A stretch of 64,000 nucleotides of DNA from SAR202 cluster bacterium (lineage in GTDB: Bacteria; Chloroflexota; Dehalococcoidia; Lucifugimonadales; UBA3495). A model generated the notes under the pieces. The model worked only from the letters and a program-made list of their open reading frames with translations. It was not told where the DNA came from and did not search any database. The stretch spans positions 6,578 to 70,577 of the forward strand of contig VGZV01000005.1 of NCBI GenBank assembly GCA_016872385.1. The letters run 5' to 3'. The position numbers and the translations under genes are program-made. Positions 56,773 to 64,000 of this stretch are shown here, piece after piece. Each line of letters opens with the position of its first letter. Positions within the stretch are counted from its first letter, which is position 1.

Positions 56773-56909
56773 GTCTTTACTCCTGAACGGTTAGATTTGA
56801 GCACCTGCCTGGGGACGGGTTTCACATATGAGCCTTCCTCCCTCAGTAGCTGATTCTCGAATTTCTAGCTATTTGCCGTTAGGGGTTGTAAACAATTCCC
56901 TACACTCTC

Positions 56910-57746
56910 TTATACCTCTGCGTCGAAATCCCCCCCCGGCACCTGGATGCTCACCAGGCGTGTCTCCAGTCCCGGAGCGGTAATGACCAGGGTGTAGCTG
57001 CCCGCCAGCAGCCGCCGGAACCGATAGCGGCCCTGGGCATCGGTGACGGTTTCCTCACCACGCTCCGCTAAGGCCACCTTTGCGCCAGGGAGACCCTGGT
57101 CCGGCGCTCCCTGCGAGCGCACCGTACCGCCGATGTCATGGCGGACTTCTTCAACTCCAATAGCGGCATGGCCGTTGCTGTCCTTCTTTTCACCCACTTT
57201 CAAGGCAGCGCTGCGAGCCAGGCCCACAGAGGTTTCTTGTCGCAGGTCCATGTGCACCGTCAGCTTGTAGTCAATGGCCGGCTTGATGTCGTTGTCCACC
57301 ACGCTCCAATAGTCCGCAGGGCTTTGGATAATGCCGCTGGGCTGGGCGGCGGCAGTGACAATTTCCTGGCCTGCGGCTTCCCCTTGCTGCAACTCCGGGG
57401 GGAATACCGGGTGCTGCAACAGCGTGACCAGCACCTGGCTAAGCAGGCGGTGTTCATCCGCCACGGCGTTGGCAAAGGCGGTGACGCGGTAGGTCAGGTC
57501 AAGGCGGACCTCCGGGCGGCTTTTGATGGCAGTGTTGTTGGGGCCGCTGCGCACCGTCCAGGGCACGGGATTGCGCAAGTCCAAATTCTCCCGGATGTCG
57601 AACAGGTACAGGCTGATGGTAGGCCGGGAAAGTCCCGCAGCCCATTCCCGCGTGGGCTTGTCAAAGGACACGTCAATCTCCGCCGGGTCCAGACTGCCCC
57701 GCTGCACCAGCAACTGCCTCAAGCTTTCATCCAGGTCTGCAAACAT
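56910..57746 (-). CDS. DUF4255/Pvc16-like tail cap fused to carboxypeptidase-regulatory-like beta domain
   Basis: DLDESLRQLL, VSFDKPTREW, ISLYLFDIREN, DEHRLLSQVL; C-term GLPGAKV..TVTDAQGRYRF..L.AGSYTLVITAPG. Confidence 0.85.
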   Translation of the reverse strand: MFADLDESLRQLLVQRGSLDPAEIDVSFDKPTREWAAGLSRPTISLYLFDIRENLDLRNPVPWTVRSGPNNTAIKSRPEVRLDLTYRVTAFANAVADEHRLLSQVLVTLLQHPVFPPELQQGEAAGQEIVTAAAQPSGIIQSPADYWSVVDNDIKPAIDYKLTVHMDLRQETSVGLARSAALKVGEKKDSNGHAAIGVEEVRHDIGGTVRSQGAPDQGLPGAKVALAERGEETVTDAQGRYRFRRLLAGSYTLVITAPGLETRLVSIQVPGGDFDAEV

Positions 57747-57867
57747 CTTTTCCTACTGAGCCTTGAATTAACCGCTAACCGCTCTCACCCAACCCTCTAC
57801 CATCGCGGGAGAGGGCAGTCAGGCCTTCTTCCCCTCTGTGGGAGATGAGTTGCTGCGCCTTCGCCCT

Positions 57868-60144
57868 TTATGGGCGCGGGTTGGGCCTGCCCTGAGCGTG
57901 GTCGAAGGGGTGAGGGCGATGCCCTCTGACCAGCCCAAAGTACGGCCCAAATTCGCTCTCCACCAGCAGCTTGCCCATCTTCTGGTACTCCCGCCGGGCC
58001 GCCCGGATGACGTGCCGCATGCCAATGGGCTGGCCTTCCTGGGCCGCCAGGAAGGCCGCCATTACGCCAATGTTCTTGATGTTGCCGCCCGGCACCTTGA
58101 GCTGCCGCGCCAGAAATTCCAGATCAACGGTGGAATCCACGGGCGCACTGGAAGGAAATACCTTGCGCCAAATCTGGAGACGGTATTCCTCCTCTGGGAA
58201 GGGAAACTCCACCACAAAGTGCAGCCGCCGGGTAAAGGCATCGTCCATGTTCTTGCGAAAGTTGGTGGTCAGGATGCTGATGCCTTCGTACTCTTCCATC
58301 TTTTGCAGCAAAAAGCTGATTTCGATGTTGGCATAGCGATCGTGGGAGTCCCGCACCTCGGAGCGTTTGCCGAACAGGGCATCTGCTTCGTCAAAAAGCA
58401 GGATGGCGTTGCTGTCCTGGGCTTCAGTAAATATGCGCTCCAGGTTCTTCTCCGTCTCTCCGATGTACTTGCTGACCACCCCAGACAGGTCAATGCGGTA
58501 GAGGTCCAGCCCCAGGTCCGAAGCCACCACCTGGGCGGACATGGTTTTGCCGGTGCCGGAAGGCCCCGCAAAAAGGGCGTTCATCCCCTTGCCCAGGCTG
58601 GTCTTGCTCTGAAAGCCCCACTGGCCATAGACCAGGGGCATGTTCCGGAAGAAATGGCACATCTCCTGCAACTGGGCCACCTGATCTTCCGGCAGGACCA
58701 GGTCTTCCCAGGAGTAACGGGCGTCCACTTTCTGGGCCAGCCGCTCCAGCCTGCGGTTGGAATGCCAGCGGGCGGCAAAGCGCAGGTCTTCCAGGCTAAT
58801 CTGGCCGCCGTCCCAAGACCGCCAGCGGGCCAGGTCCCGCGCCGTGGCCACCGCCCGCTGGACTTGCCCGCCGCTGAAACGGAAATGGCTGGACAAAAGG
58901 CCCAGTTCTTGCGCGGATATGCTGGCTTCCTGGCCCCGGAGACTGCGCTCCCACAACACCAGGCGCTCCGCGTATCCAGCCCTGGGCAGCTCCGCCACCA
59001 GCCAGGGCTGTTCCGACGCGGCTTCTTGCCGCCACCCCTGGGGCCGCCAGGCCGTTTCCCCCGAAAGAATGGTTAATCCCGGATGGTCTCTTACAGCGGT
59101 GAACAGGGCGGCGGCGCATTCCTGTTTTTTGGGGTCGTCTCCGGCCAGCAGGTGCACCTGGTCCCAGCACAACACTGCACCTTGTAGCCGCGCTTCCCGG
59201 CAGGCCAGCCGGACTAGCTGACCGGATGCCAGACCATCCTCAGACAACAGGCCAGCGCAGCGGACTATGAGCAAAGGCCTGCCCAGGGAACTGCTGAGGG
59301 CCTGGGCCACGGATTTTTTGCCAGTCCCGGCAGGCCCTGCCAGTTGCAGGATCAGGCTGGCCGCCCCAGGCGCATTGCCAAGGCTGGCCGCCAGGGACAG
59401 CAACTGTTGCCGGGTCTCTGGCTCTAGCACCAGGGCGTCCCAGGAAAACCTATTTCGCGCCAGCCGGGCGAAGGAGTTTAAGCGGGCATCCAGCGCGTCT
59501 CCGCCCAGCAGGAAGTCCGCCACCCTGGCATCCAGGAAGAGTACCTTGGACAACAGCGTCTGGTCACCGCTGCGGGGGTCTTCCGCCACTTGCAACAACT
59601 GGTGTTGCAACAAAGGCGAGGTGCTGTGGAATCTGTCCCGGTATTCCAGCCGCTGGGCCGGGCCAGAACAGAACAGGTTCAGGGCCAGGTTGACCGTGGG
59701 CCGCCTTTTACCCAGGTCGTCCTGCAGATAGGCGTAGAGGGTGCCGTACTGCAGGTCCATTTCCGGCACCAGGCAAAGGAGCAGCACTTGCCGGTGAAAG
59801 TCGTCCAACCCAAACAAGTCGCCCAGCTGCTCCAGCCGCAGACTGGCCCCAGCTAACAGGCTGGCGGCGGTGCGGGCGGCGGCACTGGCATGGAGCGATT
59901 CCAATTCATCGGCAAGGGAGTCCGCTCCCGGTTGCACGGCATCCATCCCATTTATCAGGCGGGCCAGGATAGCTTCTGCTTCCTGGTCGGAAAGGGCCAG
60001 ACCTTTGAACTCCCCGCCGGACGACGGGTCAGCGCCGGACTGCCGCAGCCGCTGCGCTTCCCGGAGCAGCCGCAGGTTCAGCAACGCCATTTGGGCCTGC
60101 AAATACTCCAGGTTATCCTGGTATGGCTTAACCTTGCCCGGCAT
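57868..60144 (-). CDS. eCIS AAA+ ATPase (Afp15/Pvc15-like) with N-terminal winged-helix region
   Basis: Degenerate first AAA GPAGTGKK; second AAA GPSGTGKT, LLFDEADALFGKR, DSHDRYAN, TTN, DDAFTRR. Confidence 0.93.
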   Translation of the reverse strand: MPGKVKPYQDNLEYLQAQMALLNLRLLREAQRLRQSGADPSSGGEFKGLALSDQEAEAILARLINGMDAVQPGADSLADELESLHASAAARTAASLLAGASLRLEQLGDLFGLDDFHRQVLLLCLVPEMDLQYGTLYAYLQDDLGKRRPTVNLALNLFCSGPAQRLEYRDRFHSTSPLLQHQLLQVAEDPRSGDQTLLSKVLFLDARVADFLLGGDALDARLNSFARLARNRFSWDALVLEPETRQQLLSLAASLGNAPGAASLILQLAGPAGTGKKSVAQALSSSLGRPLLIVRCAGLLSEDGLASGQLVRLACREARLQGAVLCWDQVHLLAGDDPKKQECAAALFTAVRDHPGLTILSGETAWRPQGWRQEAASEQPWLVAELPRAGYAERLVLWERSLRGQEASISAQELGLLSSHFRFSGGQVQRAVATARDLARWRSWDGGQISLEDLRFAARWHSNRRLERLAQKVDARYSWEDLVLPEDQVAQLQEMCHFFRNMPLVYGQWGFQSKTSLGKGMNALFAGPSGTGKTMSAQVVASDLGLDLYRIDLSGVVSKYIGETEKNLERIFTEAQDSNAILLFDEADALFGKRSEVRDSHDRYANIEISFLLQKMEEYEGISILTTNFRKNMDDAFTRRLHFVVEFPFPEEEYRLQIWRKVFPSSAPVDSTVDLEFLARQLKVPGGNIKNIGVMAAFLAAQEGQPIGMRHVIRAARREYQKMGKLLVESEFGPYFGLVRGHRPHPFDHAQGRPNPRP

Positions 60145-60367
60145 CTTCCGGATCTCCCTCGGAGAATTGGGGATTGATGGCTGAAGCAGGAAACTCGCCG
60201 GTGTCCGAACGGTCGCTCAGGTGGCGGCAGATAAAGTCCACCGCCTTGCCCAAATCCCGAAAATAGATCGTCTCATGGGTGCTGGCCTGAGTTATCTGGC
60301 CTTCCAGAATGCGGAAGTCCTCATCATTAACCAGGATGCGGACTACAAAGGTGGAGTAATGCGCCAT
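60128..60367 (-). CDS. Small hypothetical protein preceding the ATPase
   Basis: MAHYSTFVVRILV..GQITQAST.E..YFRDL; GAGGAG RBS; overlaps the ATPase start by 17 nt. Confidence 0.6.
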   Translation of the reverse strand: MAHYSTFVVRILVNDEDFRILEGQITQASTHETIYFRDLGKAVDFICRHLSDRSDTGEFPASAINPQFSEGDPEDAGQG

Positions 60368-60421
60368 TCCTCTCCTCAACCAGGATGCGGACTACAAAGG
60401 TGGAGTAATGCGCCATTCCTC
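60329..60421. repeat. 44-bp direct repeat, 49-bp period, duplicating the start of the small ORF
   Basis: aaccaggatgcggactacaaaggtggagtaatgcgccattcctc at 60329-60372 and 60378-60421. Confidence 0.9.
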
Positions 60422-60477
60422 CCCCGGCATCTGCCCGCCCCCTGGGCTGATGGTGAAATCCGCCCACAAAAAGGAAA

Positions 60478-60516
60478 GGGGCGCTGGACCGGCAGTCAAG
60501 CCTGTTCCAGTGCCCC
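60478..60516 (-). terminator. Candidate terminator/attenuator hairpin followed by a U-rich tract on the minus strand
   Basis: GGGGCACTGGA...TCCAGCGCCCC then TTTCCTTTTT; 17-nt loop and one mismatch weaken the call. Confidence 0.35.
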
Positions 60517-60531
60517 TATGATGCGAGTAGG

Positions 60532-60571
60532 TTGTTCTAAGAGAGTTAAACCGGAGTTAATTCCGCGTTAT
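60532..60571 (-). promoter_or_regulatory. Phased heptamer direct repeats (11-bp period), candidate SARP-type operator
   Basis: Minus strand ATAACGC-GGAA-TTAACTC-CGGT-TTAACTC-TCTT-AGAACAA. Confidence 0.4.
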
Positions 60572-61665
60572 GCGTTGGATGATGGGTGGCGGGCAGTCAG
60601 GGCGTGGTAAAGGGCCTGGGTCTGGGGGCTTACCTGGCAGTCCAGCTCCCGCTGCAAGGTCTCCTGGCAAATCTGGTACCAGCGCAGTCCCCGGCTCCGC
60701 TGGCCCAGCTTGAGGCAGCAGGCGATGAGGCGCTGGTAGGCGTCCTCACGGCACTTGTCTTTGACCAGGATGCGGCAGCTGAACTCGGTGCAGCTTTCGT
60801 AGTCTGCGGCGTAGTAATAATATTCCGCCACCTTCCCCAGGATGAAAAGGTAAATGTCAATAAGACCCTCCCGGCGGATGAGCGCAGCGTCGTCATAGGG
60901 GTCCATTTCCAGAAAATCGCCCTGGTACAGCAGTTCCGCTTGCTGGTACTGGGCAATGGCCAGCAACGGCCGGCCGGTTTTTTCCAGGGACTGCCCCTTG
61001 CGCCAGTGGTTCTCGAACTGCTCCACGTCCAGCCACACCGGCAGGTCAGTGTTCAAGTGATACTTTCCATCTTTGACCAGGATGCAGCGCGCTCCAAAGG
61101 AATCGTCCCCCAGAGCATTCAGGGTCTGCCGCAGCTCATGCGTTGCCACCCGCAAAGATACTGAAGCCGAATCCACGGAAGAATCGGGCCAAAGGGCATC
61201 GGTGATTACTTCCCTGGGCACCGGGCGGCCCCAATGGGCCAGCAAGAGCTTGAATATGCCGCGGGCGCGGTTGCTGCGCCACGTAGTTATTTCCCGGTCG
61301 CCCCGGCATATTTGAAGCCGGCCCAGAGTGTAGATGCGCAACAATGACGGAGAAACTTCAGCGCTGGCGCCGGATTCAGGAGAGGCGATTGGAGTGGCAA
61401 CAGCCGGGGGCGCATCAGCATTAAAGGAAGCAAATTGCGTTGCGGAAAGCTGGGGAATTGTTTCCGCGGTCCCAGAATTGGAGAGAGACCGGAGCATACG
61501 CTGGCCGTCCAGCAGCAGGTCAACCGCCTGCTGCAATCGGTCCTTTATCTGGCCGTAGGTAATTCCAACCAGCCCACTGTTCAGGTCTAGCCTGGCGGCA
61601 GTTTCGCCAAGATTTTCCGGGGAAGCTGGTGTTTCGCCTGGCGCGGGGTTATCTCGGTCAAGCAT
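60568..61665 (-). CDS. SARP/AfsR-like transcriptional activator (winged HTH + BTAD)
   Basis: LRIYTLGRLQI, IFKLLLAH..VPREVITDALWP, VWLDVEQF, LYQGDFLE, DKCREDAYQRLI..G.RSRGLRWY, LQRELDCQVSPQTQALY; start MLDRD inferred. Confidence 0.9.
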   Translation of the reverse strand: MLDRDNPAPGETPASPENLGETAARLDLNSGLVGITYGQIKDRLQQAVDLLLDGQRMLRSLSNSGTAETIPQLSATQFASFNADAPPAVATPIASPESGASAEVSPSLLRIYTLGRLQICRGDREITTWRSNRARGIFKLLLAHWGRPVPREVITDALWPDSSVDSASVSLRVATHELRQTLNALGDDSFGARCILVKDGKYHLNTDLPVWLDVEQFENHWRKGQSLEKTGRPLLAIAQYQQAELLYQGDFLEMDPYDDAALIRREGLIDIYLFILGKVAEYYYYAADYESCTEFSCRILVKDKCREDAYQRLIACCLKLGQRSRGLRWYQICQETLQRELDCQVSPQTQALYHALTARHPSSNA

Positions 61666-61826
61666 TTTTCCCCCGAAAAGACTGCTGGCAGGGCAAGCTT
61701 TTGGAGTCTGTTTATAAGGGCTTGCCGCCCGTGGCTGACAAGCTCGCCACGAGCGGGAAATCCGCTCATCCTGAGCACGTCGAAGGATGAGGCAGCATGG
61801 AGGACTGGGGCTTTTCAAACACCTTC

Positions 61827-63074
61827 TTACACCACTTTCTCCTCTTCCATGCGATCCACCTCCTCCCCGGTGAGGCCGCCCAGGCTGATCAGAAGTTCCC
61901 TGGTATTCTCCCCCAGGGTGGGGGGAGTGTCTGCCCTGGATTCCAGACAGCCCGTTAACCTGATGGGGGTCTTTACCGACTTGAACCGCCCGCCCAGGGT
62001 ATCCCCCGTCTCCACAAACATCTGCCGGGCCTCCAAGTGGGGACACTGGGCCAGGTCGGCAATGGTCTGGGCCACGCCCATGGAAAAGCCAATCTCGGTG
62101 AACTTGGCCGCCACATCCCACTTGGAAAGGTCCCGGGACCAGGCTTCAATTGCGGGGATGATATTGTCTCTAAAGAACTCGCCGCTGGCGCCGCCCAGGT
62201 AACGCTTGTCCTCGGACAAGTCCTGGCGGCCCATCATAATCCAGAGGGTCTTCCAGCGTGCGGCAGCGGCGGCGGCCCGCACCCCGGCCATCAGCACATA
62301 GCCGTCCTTAGCCTTGAACGCCAGCCCGGCGGTGGCAAGGCGGTCCCAACTACGGCCAGGGTTCTCTCCCTTGGCCTGATAAGCGTTCATGTTGCTAATC
62401 ATATGGGACACCATGCACTCGTACATGGACATGTCCACGTGCTGGCCCTGGCCAGTGCGGCGGCGGGTCTCCAGGGCCAGGACAATCCCCAGAGCTGTCC
62501 AGAGACCCGGCACAGAATCGCCCACGTTGTCCCCCACGCTCTGGGGAGCACCGTCAGGGTCGCCGGTCAGTTCCATCCAGCCGGACATGCCCTGGATGCT
62601 CAGGTTGTTGGCCGGCCAGTTGGAGTAAGGGCCGCGGCCCGCCGCGTTGGAATCGCCGTAGCCGGTGATGGTGGCATAGACCAGGCCTGGATTGATAGCC
62701 CGCAGGTGATCATACCCCAGACCCAGGCGATTAAAAGCCCCCGGCCCCCAGTTATCCAGCAGCACGTGGGAGACCTTTACCATGTTCTCAAAGGCGCGCT
62801 TGCAGCGGGGGTCCCGCAAGTCCACCGTTACGCTCTTTTTGTTGCGATTGATGCCCAGGTAGCGGGAGCTTATGCGCTGGCCGCCAGGATATTCAATAAA
62901 GGGGCCGCGCTCCCTGGCATTGTCCCCGCTGCCCGGACGCTCAATCTTGATGACCTCTGCGCCCATGTCCGCCAGGATCTGAGAGCAGAAGGGGCCAGCC
63001 ACGATGTGGGTGGCGTCCAGGACTCGAATGCCCTCCAGGGGCAGAGGGAGCTTGTGGTGATTGCCACTGGTCAT
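61827..63074 (-). CDS. CaiB/BaiF family III CoA transferase
   Basis: LEGIRVLD, AGPFCSQILADMGAEVIKIERP, NRNKKSVTVDL, DNWGPG, NPGLVYATITGYG. Confidence 0.93.
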   Translation of the reverse strand: MTSGNHHKLPLPLEGIRVLDATHIVAGPFCSQILADMGAEVIKIERPGSGDNARERGPFIEYPGGQRISSRYLGINRNKKSVTVDLRDPRCKRAFENMVKVSHVLLDNWGPGAFNRLGLGYDHLRAINPGLVYATITGYGDSNAAGRGPYSNWPANNLSIQGMSGWMELTGDPDGAPQSVGDNVGDSVPGLWTALGIVLALETRRRTGQGQHVDMSMYECMVSHMISNMNAYQAKGENPGRSWDRLATAGLAFKAKDGYVLMAGVRAAAAAARWKTLWIMMGRQDLSEDKRYLGGASGEFFRDNIIPAIEAWSRDLSKWDVAAKFTEIGFSMGVAQTIADLAQCPHLEARQMFVETGDTLGGRFKSVKTPIRLTGCLESRADTPPTLGENTRELLISLGGLTGEEVDRMEEEKVV

Positions 63075-63234
63075 TGGTGCACCTCAAACGAAATTGACCC
63101 GCCTCTACCCACTCAGTGCCTATCCTAAAATCAAAATTGCAACCACTCGCCCTTCGACAGGCTCAGGGAGAGGACTGGTTACCCCGCTCATGGTGAGCCT
63201 GTCGAACCATAGCGGGGTGTTTTTAAATGGGACC

Positions 63235-64000
63235 TCACTGGCCCACAAACCTGGGACGGCGTTTTTCCAGAAAGGCCCGGTAGCCCTCCTGGTAGTCGCG
63301 GGTGTCAAACTGGGTCAGGGGCAAGTCTAGTTCCTGAGCGGTAAGCTGCGCCAGGGAAGGTTTGGCCTCCACCTGGTTCAGAGTGCGTTTGTTCACCGCA
63401 TGGGACAGGGGCGCCAGCTCGGCGATTTCCCGGGCAAGCTGGTAAGTGCGCTCATGCAACTCTCCGGCGGACGTTACCTGGTTGACCAGCCCAATGCGCA
63501 GAGCATCGGCGGCGTCCAGCAACCTTCCGGAGAGCAAAATATACAGGGCATTGCCCCGGCCCACCAGGTTCACCAGCCCCTGCATCTCCACATGCCCAAT
63601 GGTTATTCCCAGCCGCGCCACCGGGATGCCAAAGCGGCTGCCCGTTGCCGCAATGCGCAGGTCGGTAGCCACCGCCAGCTCGCAGCCGCCGCCCACACAG
63701 AAACCTTGAATCATGGAGATGGTGGGCGTCTCCAGGTCGTGCAGGGTGCGCAGCAGCTTGTTGACCGCGTCGTTGTAAATGCGGCCGCGGGCTGAGTTAG
63801 AGCGGTACTGGTCAAAATCCCGGATATCCGCACCGGCGGAAAAAGCCTCGCCGCCCGCACCGGTAATTACAATGGCCCGCACCTCCTGGTCCTGGTCCAA
63901 ACTGGTAAGCAGCGCGGCCATCTCCCCCCACATGGCGTAGGAGATGGCGTTGCGCTGACCGGGCCGGTTGATGGTGATGGTGGCAATGGGCGGCTGGCGT
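63235..64000 (-). CDS. Enoyl-CoA hydratase/isomerase family protein (5' end beyond window)
   Basis: TINRPGQRNA, AFSAGADI, GFCVGGGCELA, DLRIAA, FGIPVARLG, EGYRAFLEKR. Confidence 0.92.
   Translation of the reverse strand, partial: RQPPIATITINRPGQRNAISYAMWGEMAALLTSLDQDQEVRAIVITGAGGEAFSAGADIRDFDQYRSNSARGRIYNDAVNKLLRTLHDLETPTISMIQGFCVGGGCELAVATDLRIAATGSRFGIPVARLGITIGHVEMQGLVNLVGRGNALYILLSGRLLDAADALRIGLVNQVTSAGELHERTYQLAREIAELAPLSHAVNKRTLNQVEAKPSLAQLTAQELDLPLTQFDTRDYQEGYRAFLEKRRPRFVGQ

Noticed and set aside
55051-56853. 600-aa plus-strand ORF (and similar long antisense ORFs such as 38224-39252, 57838-59076, 27804-28892, 13000-13986)
   Set aside because: Shadows of well-supported opposite-strand genes in high-GC DNA; no recognisable motifs.
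56880-56902. Palindrome TAGGGGTTGT-AA-ACAATTCCCTA upstream of the sheath gene as an operator or terminator
   Set aside because: Imperfect, single occurrence, no U-tract; cannot be told from chance or a repeat remnant.
37525-61665. Prophage or type VI secretion system
   Set aside because: No capsid, portal, terminase, integrase or replication genes, and no TssJ/L/M, TssA or ClpV. DUF4255, Afp15-type ATPase, LysM initiator and DUF4157 fit eCIS.
61666-62121. 152-aa N-terminal extension of the BTAD regulator
   Set aside because: Overlaps the CoA-transferase 3' end and a REP element; ATG 61665 gives a normal-size SARP.
1-64000. tRNA, rRNA, autonomous transposase or integrase genes
   Set aside because: None recognised by eye; a tRNAscan/Infernal run would be needed to exclude divergent RNAs.

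Overview
High-GC bacterial chromosome segment. Gene content and style point to Chloroflexota, most like Dehalococcoidia/SAR202-type organisms; this is inferred from paralog content, with no marker gene in the window. 1-37.2 kb holds housekeeping genes (purL, purQ, tlyA, CinA-C, YqeY) and many catabolic paralogs: three tandem CMD-like proteins, GMC oxidoreductase, MmgE/PrpD, two amidohydrolases, FAH, LigB-like, LLM monooxygenase and a frameshifted S8 protease. It also holds an OmpR-type two-component system and an ABC-ATPase + TOPRIM-like gene pair that looks like a defence cassette. 37.5-61.7 kb is a ~24 kb minus-strand contractile injection system (eCIS/Afp-PVC-like) locus. Its order is BTAD regulator, AAA ATPase, DUF4255 cap, sheath, tube, chaperone, second tube, 1058-aa low-complexity protein, LysM, VgrG, PAAR, gp25, baseplate J, P2-I-like wedge, DUF4159 fusion, two paralogous single-pass membrane proteins and two candidate cargo proteins. 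No lysis, capsid or T6SS membrane-complex genes and no clear tail fibre were recognised. Features the ORF track misses: a GGGGGAA -1 frameshift joining the chaperone to a start-less DUF6760-like ORF; a second candidate effector between vgrG and PAAR broken at an A7 run; a leader motif shared by both cargos; phased heptamer repeats beside the SARP-type regulator; and a MITE-like element inserted three times into the loop of a REP hairpin with a short duplication. No rRNA, tRNA or CRISPR array was seen. All family names come from manual motif recognition; no HMM or BLAST search was run.
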